From the NCBI GenBank assembly GCA_964057225.1, contig OZ059899.1, positions 7,750,001 through 7,814,000 of the forward strand: a DNA stretch of 64,000 nt. Reading direction: 5' to 3'. How positions within the stretch are numbered: the stretch's first letter is position 1; every line of letters begins with the position of its first letter. Origin of the DNA: Auanema rhodensis (Eukaryota; Animalia; Nematoda). The notes under the pieces are model-generated. The model did not search any database. It saw only the letters and a list, made by a program, of their open reading frames with translations, and was not told the DNA's origin. The position numbers and the translations under genes were made by a program. Shown here piece after piece: positions 30,201 through 41,083 of this stretch.

Positions 30201-33200
30201 ATGATCGATTCTAACTTAAACTCGCAGCCTGTTGTTGGGAGTGAAGTTGAAATTCCTCCTCAAGTTGAGAAAAGAAAACGTCAGCGGCGGATGAAAAAAT
30301 CCAAAGTTCAAACAGCTGAACTTGGTTCTGAGAAAGTATGACAGATATGAGCATGCATAGTTACAAAATTTCTAGGAAGTCATCTGTGATGCTGAAGTTG
30401 TCGAACCAAAGAAAGTGGAAGGTGATGATAAAGAAATAGTCCCAAAGAAGCGAAAGGTTGTTCTTTCAAAATCAACATCTTCAATTTCATAAATATTTAG
30501 AGTAAGAAGAAGAAAAAGACTATTGAAGCTGGAGATAGTATTGCCATAGATGGAGATAGAATTGAAAATGAAACTGTTGATCCCAGGTATCTTGTAGATA
30601 ATAAAAATATTTATTTTCTTTTTGAAAGTGGGGCTAAGTCAAAGAGGAAGAATAGAGTCAGAAGGAGTAAAAACAAGAGCAAAGTTAATGTTGTTCCTGG
30701 AAAACATATACCTGTAGGAATTTGTCTTCATTTCCAATATGTCTAATTTAAAATTTTAAGGTTAGCTCACTCTTCACGAAAATTCCAAAACCTACCGATA
30801 TGGGGAACGCCTCTCTTAGTGCCGAAGGGTTAGCTCTTCTAGAGGATATTCAAAATCACAGAAGTGGAAAACCCAAGGTTTTACTACCACGTTTATGAAG
30901 AACTATTTTGTCTTTAGCTTCGTATTGGCAAGATAGATATGAGTGAACTGATGGGAACGAATCGGCAATCTCCTCGCACTGCTCGTTCTATTTTGGAACA
31001 ACTGAGTGGCAGCAAGGTCGACCCAGAGGTTCTTTTGGGTACATCCCGCCAAGTTCCACTTTTGGCTGGTTTTCCCTCTCTTGGTTAGACCTATATTGCG
31101 AGTCGTTATTTTCGAACGTACTTTGTAGCTCACCGTTCTGATGGGTTTTCTTCCGCCCTACCATCTGATCTGTTCAAATCAACGATTGATGCGTATGCTT
31201 CGTTGCACGGAGATATTCATTCATTAGGTACAAATTAGAAAAAAAAATTTTATAAAATTTTTTTTAGGAACTAGGCCTCTTTCGCGATCTTCTGTTCGCT
31301 CTAACCCTAGAAGTTATGGTAATGGAGCTGTTTCTCCAAACCAAATTATGCCGTGGATTAATTTTGCCCCTATGTATCCTTTGGATAGATCTAATAAGAG
31401 TGATCATAGAAGTCCTGGTCAGTTGTAGTTAGGTTGTGCATATTTACGGCGCGTGAGATTTACTATGCGTACATTTCGAATGAATATTATGCAAACACTA
31501 ATTAATAGTCTACCTTCAGGATATCAGAGACCACACGGGATTATTGGACATACCATGACTGCTGGAGGATCTGGATCTCAAAGGGGGTCCAATTCTGGTA
31601 TGCCTAATCATAATAATCACAGGGGATCTTATCAAAACTCATATTCAAATAGAATGAATGCGAATAACAAGTAAGTAACGACTGAGCCACTGACCACGCT
31701 TATGAAAATATTTTAGCACTAGTCCCTATCATAATCGTTCTTCTCCTGGACGCTATCAGCAGCCACAGCACAATAAGGGAATTAATCAAAATCAAAGAAT
31801 TAGAAAAAGTCATTTCTCCTCTTATTTGAGCGGAGAACTTGTATCCAGAGGTCTTGTTAAAAAAGAACTTGTTAAGGTATACATTGTTAAGGTTATAAAA
31901 ATATTGTATTGTTTTCTAGGGAGCTTTAAGAGTAAACCAAAGAAATTATGAAGAATCCTACATTGATAACCCGGAAGGAGATGATCAGATGGATCTTCTT
32001 ATTCTTGGACTTCAAGACAGAAATAGAGCACTTCATGGCGATATTGTCGTTGTTAAGATAAAACCAAGGCAATGTTGGGTGGTTAGTCAATCTCGTATAG
32101 CTTGTTTGAGATTAATTATTGAAGGTCCGTGAGAACCTTTATCAAGCATGGAGATCTGGCCAGCTTAATGTTTCCAGGGACGACAATGGTCTTCCGTTAA
32201 CCATTCCTCCAGTTCAGGAAGCTTGCTCCGAAGATTCTGTGGAAGTAAGATATTCATAAGTAATTATTCATAACATAATTTTTAAGGTTGCTCTTGGTGG
32301 AATTTCTGATCTCAAGATTTCCCGAACAGAGCTTGAAGCCTCTGTTCCCGTGTCACCTGAAAATAAGTATGGAAGAAATGAAATGGTTCTTATTGGAGCG
32401 CAGCTGGAGGTTGCTCGGAAGCAATCAAATGAGGGTCAAAGCGAAAACGAACATTGCAAACCTGAACCTACTGTTCAGGTATTTGTATGTTGTATTATCT
32501 CAACAATCGTTTAATTACAGGCTATGATCACTGATCTTTCAATCGGCCGTGTTGAAGATTCTCCTGTTAGCAGCTCTCCTCGTAAACCAACGATTGGCCG
32601 AAAGATACCCAATCCCATTACTAAACGCGTACAATATAGATCTCTTCAAGATATGCCTCCAGAGGATTGGGGAATGCCTGACTTTTGTCTTCAAAAAACA
32701 GCTGAGGTATCTTAAATATTCGTCATATTTTTATGGTTCCATTAATAGGTTGTGTTCATCGCTGAAGCTAAGAACTCTAGAAATGCTATGGGACAGCTCA
32801 AAGTTATGGCTGATAACAACCGAAACTGTGCATTGTTTTCTCCTACTGATCCCAGAATTCCTCGTATGATGATCCCAGCTGCTCAACTTCCACAAGACTT
32901 TTTTGACCGGCCACATGTAACCTATAATTCCAACTATTAAACTCAAATTTCTTTTTAAGGACTATTCGAAGTACATTTTTGCCGTTAAGCTAGACAAATG
33001 GGAAGAAACTGACTTGTTTGCAACTGGTCACTTACTCCGCACCTTAGGGGTTGCTGGAGATATTGAAGCTGAAACAGAAGGACTTTTATATCACAAAAAT
33101 ATTGATGCGAGGGAATTCTCTAATGCTGCACTCAGTAGCTTGCCTATCACTGAAGCAAAACAGTGGACTATCCCTGAGGTTTATTTCTTTTTGGTCAACG

Positions 33201-35493
33201 ATTCTAAAAACTTTCATTCCAGAAGGAATTCACTTACAGAAAGGATCTCCGTGAAGAGATTATTTTCACCATTGATCCTCTTACTGCTCGTGATCTTGAT
33301 GATGCTTTGCATATCAAGCCTAAAGAAAACATCGCTGGAACCGGAAAGTCGGGTTGGGAGGTGAATATTTCCATAGTTAGCAATAAAACCATTACTTGTT
33401 TTAGATTGGAGTTCATATTGCTGATGTTACTCATTTCCTTATTGAAAACTCTGAATTAGACAACTGGGCCTCTATGAGAGCTACGAGCACTTATCTTGTA
33501 CATAAAGTAATTCCTATGCTACCCCGTATCTTGTGCGAAGAGTTGTGCTCTTTGAATTCTGGAGTGGATAGACTTGCTTTTTCAGTCATTTGGGAAGTAG
33601 ATGATGATGGAAAAATTCACTCGGAATGGTTCGGTAAGTGGCTGGAAAAATTAAATTTTACGTATTTCTTGGCAAAATGATGTCCTAGTAAAAGGTCTGA
33701 GAATATATGCTCGAATCATATTATACGGTTAGTTAATCATCCAGTGATGATTTTACTACTGAAAAACGATAAGCATTTTAGCCTTAGTTTACTGCTTTTC
33801 GAGTTTAGTGTTTTTCGAATAGTTATGGAGATGGCTTATATAATTATTTTAATAGTTTTTTACCTGTATAATATTTTCCGAACTATATTTGATATGATCA
33901 CACGTTAAAAAAACCTGATTGCCAAAAAAAAAATTAGAATTTAATTGATTTCATTTAATTAGTATTCTCCAAATTGTTTTCAGGAAGATCTATTATCCGT
34001 TCGAAGGTTAAATTGGCATATGAACATGCCCAAGATTTCATTGATAATCCAGAAGGAGAATTAGATTCATCTAAATTCCCCAATGTTTGCGACCATGTAG
34101 AGCTTAATGTTATCAAAACTAAGGTACTTATTTATTCAGAACGTTTAATATGTCGTTATAAAATTAGGTTCTTCAACTGAATTCTATTGCTAAGAAACTC
34201 AGCGCTGCTAGAATAGAAGGTGGTGCTCTTAGACTTGATCAGCCCAAGTTAAAGTTTGCATTGGACGCTGAAGGCAAAAATCCTATCGGTGTTACTGTAT
34301 ACGAGGTGTGCTTTTGTGCCATTAACATTTTTTTAAGCAATGTACTTTAGATCAAGGATTCTAACAGACTTGTTGAGGAGTTCATGTTATTGGCTAACAT
34401 GGCTGTTGCCAAAAAAATAGAATCTGCATATCCACAAGTAGCTTTACTCAGAAGGCATGCATCTCCTAACAAAAAGGTGATGAAAGAAGTGGTGAGAATC
34501 TTATATATTTCTCTCAAAAATTATTTTTGTCAAGCTCGAATTGTGTGAAAAGATTGGCTTCCCTCTGGATGGATCATCGTCTGGAATTTTGTCATCTTCT
34601 CTTAGGAAGTTCCAAGGTGATGATGAAGTTATGACTTCCATCAACCAGGTTTTATCATTGTTAATGATGAAGCCAATGAGATTAGCACAATACTTTTGTA
34701 CGGGCACCAAAGATAGTAGAGAATCTTATCATCATTATGCCTTAAACACTCCATTGTAAGGGAATACTTTCTGAGTATTACTTATACATTATTTTAGTTA
34801 TACACACTTCACCTCTCCCATCAGAAGATATGCTGACGTTATGGTTCACAGATTACTTGCTGCTGCTTTGGAATACTGCCCTCAGCCTGAAAAAAGCATT
34901 CAGGAAGTTGAGAAGATTGCCCAAATTTGCAACGACAAGAAAACTGATGCTAAGGACTGTAGTGATGCCAGTGACGAGATGTTCTTCGGTCTCTTTGTCA
35001 AAGTAGAGTTCTGTTATGGTTCACTTATAAATTTTTCTTCTTCAGGAATGTGGCCCTATTGAAGAGCGTGGAGTAGTAGTTAATGTACTTGATCATGCTT
35101 TTGATGTTCTTGTATTCAAGTATGGCGTGGTAAAGAGAGTTTATGTTAATGTCAGTTACGCATTAAGATTATAAGTGTTTAAATTTTGGCTTTCAGAAGC
35201 TAGATATTGCACGTGACCCAACTCATCGTGAAGGCCCACCACCCACATTAACGTTGTATTGGAATTCTCCATCAGGTTCAGGAAATGCAGCAGTTGAACA
35301 AACTATTCAATTGTGCTCGATCGTTGATGTTGTTCTGTCCGCCTTGCCGGAACCAACGAAATATCAGGTATGAATTATTTACATAATATAACTATATGAT
35401 ATATTAAAGGCTGTAATAAAAATGAAATCAACAAAGGAAACTCCAACTCTTCTTGAGCAATATAATAATCGATCTGGAAATTCACAAAATTAA
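30201..35493 (+). CDS. disl-2: DIS3-like exoribonuclease 2 (RNase II/R family, uridylated-RNA decay)
   Basis: [37 protein letters not shown]; intact catalytic motif [14 protein letters not shown]; VHIADV; [14 protein letters not shown]; [13 protein letters not shown]; HYALN|[13 protein letters not shown]. Long low-complexity N-terminus and no PIN domain. Confidence 0.93.
33669..33925 (+). ncRNA. Intronic box C/D scaRNA-like RNA (U87/U88, SCARNA5/6-like); predicted guide for U5 snRNA Um41
   Basis: Terminal stem TTGGCAA/TTGCCAA; C box ATGATGT at 33677; guide CTAGTAAAAGGT complementary to U5 loop 1 GCCUUUUACUA; D' CTGA at 33697; C'-like ATGATCA near 33894; D CTGA at 33915. Lies in an unusually long 350-nt intron (33634-33983). 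Confidence 0.8.
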
Positions 35494-35837
35494 TTGCTAT
35501 GCTTTTAACAGTTTGTTCAATTTCATTAATAATGTCGGGTACCTAATAACTGTCGGGTCTTCGTTATTATCCTGGCTTTCTACGTATCCGGGTCTTTTGG
35601 TAAAATCATAGTATATACTTTGTATGTTAGTTGTTTTAGAACTGTTTTTAAGAATTCCACAAATGTTAAATATCTTATGTATTCTTACACCTTTTAAGGT
35701 CTGTTTTGTTTGTTACTTGTTTCCCTTATAAACGTTTTTTAAAATTTACACTTTCTTATATGCAGTTGTATATAGCTGAATTATATATTTGGTCATCTTA
35801 CACAAAGGCTCATCCCAATATACATAAAAACTTAGGA

Positions 35838-38800
35838 ATGAACAACATAAGACTATTGAAGCTTGTTCGTAGACCAAATGTTTTCTCGAATCCGATCCTT
35901 TGTTGTCTTTATAGATTAAACTCTACCATAACTCCAAAAGAATCTGCAAAAGGTTTCTATAGAGAAATAATTAAATAATTTTTGTTTTTTGAAGGAAAGT
36001 ACAAATTTGTTCCGTACGTTCCGAAGAAAAGCCCATCAAAAAATAATACGAAGAAAGATGAAAAGAAATGGAAAACTATGATCATGAATACTCTGCAGGT
36101 TTTCATTGTAACTTATACTTAAAAGTTAATTTCGTATTGAAGAGTGAACTGAAAAAAGGTACCAATGCCTATTCTTTAATGACAGATCTGTATGCTGCTC
36201 AAACACAAGCTGTTAGGTATGAAAAAATGTTCGAAACTTCAGAAACAAAAATATGATGTTTTGTTGAGCATTTCTAAACATTTCTAAAAACCATATTGAA
36301 GTGATTGGTTATATCTTGCAATTAAGGTTTGCTGTTATTGATGACTGGTCATCTTTGATATCCTATCTTCATACTCGCGTACGACATCCTTCTCATAATA
36401 TAGCAAAAGATTATCAATTTAATGAGGTACTTTCTTTTGAATTACTTATTTTTTTTGAAAAATATCATTTCAGTTGTTTGCTGTTTCCTTGCTAGTTATC
36501 AAGCGAAATTTTGAGAAAATTTTAGTTAACCAGAATGAAAATTGTTCGGATGCATCATCCCTTTGTTTTTCACTAGGTTTGATTCTGATTTTTTTGCACT
36601 ATAAATCTTTTTCAGGAAATTTATTTCCGAAACTGTACCTTGATCATGATATGAGAGCTGTTTCATTTTTACTTTTCGATTCATTAGACAAGTTATTAAT
36701 ATTCATTGTTCGAAAAAATACTTACTTTGATACTTAGATGGGCCGAAAGAAGAAATATAGATGGAGACAGCGAAGAAATTACTGCAGTTTTGGAATCAAT
36801 GAAAAGAAAGCTTGGCAAAGATGTACTTTCTTTATTTTGAGTGTATATATATATTTATTCTTTTTATTAACAGATTCAAAAATTTTCCATGTCTGAATGC
36901 AAGATGTATTTTTCACCTCCTGACCGAGAAATCATAAATGACCGATTTTTTGAAATGAGTGAAGGGTTTCATATGAAAAGCGGAAATAACGATAATGGCT
37001 ATATTAATGTAAGAATTTTTCAGTTTATCGATATATTCGGTTTTTTAAGGATTTGAGTATAGTTGATTCCATGCGTGAACCAACTTCTGTGACGGATTAT
37101 CGTGGAAATCCCTTTCATACTAATGAACTAACTGAAGTTTTTCATAAATAGAGTATTTTACAAATAATTTGTTTTTTAAGAATATGCTGCACACAAATTT
37201 TGCTTTGAATATGAAGTACGAGTTCTCAAATTGGTTACCCGTAAAAAATTTTGATCCAACTATCAAGAAGGTATAATATAAAAATATTGGTTGTTGTAAG
37301 CAATTTTGTAGCATCCATTAGGACCTGCTGAAGATCTTTTCATAAAATGGGAATGGAAAAACAAGATCAATACTTCATTAAAGTCATTAGAGAAAGAACG
37401 AATTCAATATCCACGTATCTTCAACATGTGGTTCCGAAAACTACATTGTTTTTATTTCAGTTCGTAATTATTTGGCAGTACTACCTCATGAACAGATTGT
37501 AAGTGAAGTTCTGTTATCAGTCATTGCTGCTTGCTCACAGGGACAAAATTTAATACCCCTTTCTCAATTTCAAGTATTTCCTCAATAGAAATAGCCCTTT
37601 TTATGGATTCGAATTACTTCAGTATTCTTTATCCCGACCTGTTATGCGTCTAATTCATAGAAAGTTTATGGCATCACTGGGAATCGATGAACAAGAAATT
37701 TGGGAAGCTGTATTTCAAGATTATTCGAGATACTTCCTGGATGAAGAAGTTAGCAGACTGCATACTCATAGAGTATGGTGGGAAAAATGTTGTCGGAGAC
37801 ACGGAATCCCTCCTGATTATATCGTAACTTTATTTGTTTCTTCCTGTTTATTTCATTCTTTAAGCCACCAATTAGCTCTTTTCAAACAGAGATACGGACA
37901 CAATTCTCCACGTTTATTTTTGAAGTAGTTTTGAAAGCTTGTGTTTTTCCAAGCTATAGTAAAACCGGGAAAGGTTTAAATTATTTTTTTTTTCAAATAA
38001 TGTTTGTTTGTGTTAAGTTAACTGGATACCTGCTTTCAATATTCAAAACGTAGCACTGGAAGAAGATTCTAAAGTGTCATATGTGGGCAAAGCTAATTTA
38101 ACACAAATGGTGAAAATTAATAAGGATTTGCTAAAAATCTTCGAAGAAAGGAAGTTTGATTCAATTCTTTTCCCCACAGATGAGTTACCAATGTTGGTAA
38201 GACAATAAATTCAGATGATTCAACCAAATATTCGATTGCAGACTCCGCCCAGGCCTTGGTACGATAATGCGGTTGGTGGGCCACAATATTCTCGAACAAG
38301 CCCTATTATTAGGCCTATTTTCGAGTTTAAAAAAGTAAATATCATGAATGAAGTAAAAGCGCGTTTAGAAAGGTACCTTTCTCACATTAAATTTTGTTTT
38401 ATCATCAGATTAAGAGCTCAAGCTCGTCCTGTATTTGATGCTTTAAATATTCTTGGGTCAACGCCATGGCGAATAAATAAGGATATGCTTGCTGTCTTGA
38501 CCGAGGTTTTATAAAACCATATTTCTTATTCCCAGCCGTTATTGCAGGTTTTCAATATGTCGAATAGTGTTGACAAAAAAGAATTGTTGGAAACTCTCAG
38601 TATTCCTCTTCATTCTACAACGGTTGTTATCCCCAAACTTGAGGTAATATAACAGTTCTTTCTAAGATTAGACTTAGCTTTTAGGATTACGTTGATCCGA
38701 ACGCTGAGGTTGAGAATATAAACATGAAAGAAAAATTCAGAAACTTCTATATCGATAAAGCATTAGCAGAGAAAACAAAGTATGCCTCTATTGGTTATCT

Positions 38801-40641
38801 TTGAAAACGATCAAAATTTCATAGAAATGAATATAGTTCCTTATGGTATTGGATGAAGTATAGAGTTGTTCTTGCTGATTATTTTAAAGACAAGATATTA
38901 TTCTTTCCCCATAATATGGACTTCAGAGGGCGTGTATATCCTATTTCTCCTTATCTCAATCATATGGGTGATGATATTAATAGATGCATTTTAAAATTTG
39001 CTAAAGGTAACTTTGCGATCTTGTGATTTTTATTAAAGGAATTTTATAGGGAGACCTCTTGGAGAAAATGGTTTAAGTTGGCTTAAACTTCATTGTATAA
39101 ATTTAACAGGAAAACTAAAAAGAAAAAGTATTTCTGAACGACTCGTTGTAGCTGATGAAATTATTGATGATATACTTGACTCTGCTAACAACCCTCTCGA
39201 TGGTTATCATTTATGTATATGAATAGGTATTTATCTGTATATTACAGGAAAAGGGTGGTGGCTTGAATCAGAAGAACCTTGGCAAACTCTCGCTGCCTGT
39301 TTCGAAATTCGAGATGCCTTGCTATGTGATAATCCTGAAAATTTTATTAGGTATCTTCAGTTCAACAGTTCTTTCACTCAATCTTTATTCCAGTCACTTG
39401 GCGGTTCATCAAGATGGAAGTTGCAATGGGCTACAGCATTATGCCGCATTAGGTCGCGATAAACAGGGCGGAGGGGAGGTTAATCTTCTTCCAAGTGAAC
39501 TACCAGCTGATGTTTATTCCTCTGTAGCAGTTCGGTAACTGACCATTATAAAAAAGCCAAATTTTTATAAAAAATTCCAGTGTCGAACAAAAAAGACTTG
39601 AAGATGAGAATGGGGGTGGGGAATATGCAGAAATTGCTCAGAAACTACGTGAATTTCTTCCTCAAGCTGTCCCTCGAAAAGTTTATTTCATATCAAATAT
39701 ATTTCTTATTATTTATACAGGTTATCAAACAAACTGTTATGACAACTGTATACGGTGTTACAATGTATGGTGCTGTTCTTCAAATTAAGCGTCAGTTAAA
39801 AGCTTTGGGTATTGACAATGATGATGTGAGTTCTATCTCAAAATATAATAATTTCCACACTTTTGCATTTCCAGACTGCAAAATTCGCATCCTATTTAGC
39901 CATAAGAACTTTTGCTAGTTTGAATGATGCTTTTACGAGTTCTATGTGAGTACTGTTTTTTTTTCCAAATATTTATAAAAATATTTGACAGGCAGTTGAA
40001 AAATTGGTTCCGAGAATGTGCAAAGGGCACCAGTGAACTTCTTCGAACTGTCGAATGGATTACTCCACTTGGCTTACCCGTAGTTCAACCCTATTTGAAA
40101 GCAAAAGAAAGCAAAGGCAGAATATTTTTAGCACCAATACCAACTAAACAGGTTATAGTTAATTAAATTATTAGTGAAATTGTAATTACTTCAGATTGAT
40201 GCTTTTCCTCCTAATTTCGTACATTCTCTGGATTCAACTCACATGATGTTGACAGCTTTAGATTGCTCCAGAAGGTACCAATTTTAGTAAAATACAAAAA
40301 ATATCTTTTAACTTCAGAGGATTAACCTTTGCTGCTGTTCATGATTGTTTTTGGACCCATGCATCAACAGTTTCAGAAATGAATGTTATTTGTCGTTCAC
40401 AATTTGTTTCTTTACATAAACAGCCTCTAGTCAAACAGTTAACTTGACTTTCAGAAGATAATAAATTAAATTTTATTTTAGATTTTCGGATTGGATACTC
40501 ACTCGTTATTTAACTTCTGATGTAGTAAAACTCATGGAGAAGAAGGACTTGGAGAACTTTCAGAAGTTATTTTCACCTCAAATTGAACAGGGTAATCTCG
40601 ATATTAATGATGTTATGAATTCGCAATATTTTTTTAGTTAA
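35838..40641 (+). CDS. rpom-1: Mitochondrial DNA-directed RNA polymerase (POLRMT, T7-like)
   Basis: Arg-rich N-terminus [12 protein letters not shown]; [13 protein letters not shown]; motif [19 protein letters not shown]; motif B RK|[14 protein letters not shown]; [14 protein letters not shown]; motif [10 protein letters not shown]; C-terminal YFFS-stop. Confidence 0.96.
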
Positions 40642-40820
40642 GCATATCTAATTGAATATATTGTATATAGTGATAAAACGAGTTTAAAATAGTTGTTATT
40701 TGTTGTTGTTATTTTGTTGGCTTGATTAAAGATATTTATATGTATAATATGCATGTATAAGTGATCCCGTTTGCATTTTTTTTAGAATATAAGCATAGTT
40801 GATCATGTTGAAGTTAAAGT

Positions 40821-40851
<31 letters not shown>

Positions 40852-41083
40852 GCTGATTTTTGTTTTGCCGCAATTTTCGGGGTACTGTGCATACAAACAG
40901 CACAGAATACCTAAAATATTAACATAACACCCATTAAAGCAGGGGACAGTACGTATACATGACCTGGTTAAATTGAATGCAAAGTATTTAATTGGTTTGG
41001 AATTATTAAATTCAGATTTATTTAACCTGATTTATTTTTAATTCTTAATATTTAGTTGAGCACTTTTCAAGTTTTTCAAAAAT

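Noticed and set aside
35838-40641. T7-like RNA polymerase next to an Argonaute as a phage-derived or defence island
   Set aside because: It is the intron-rich nuclear POLRMT with a presequence-like N-terminus, standard in eukaryotes.
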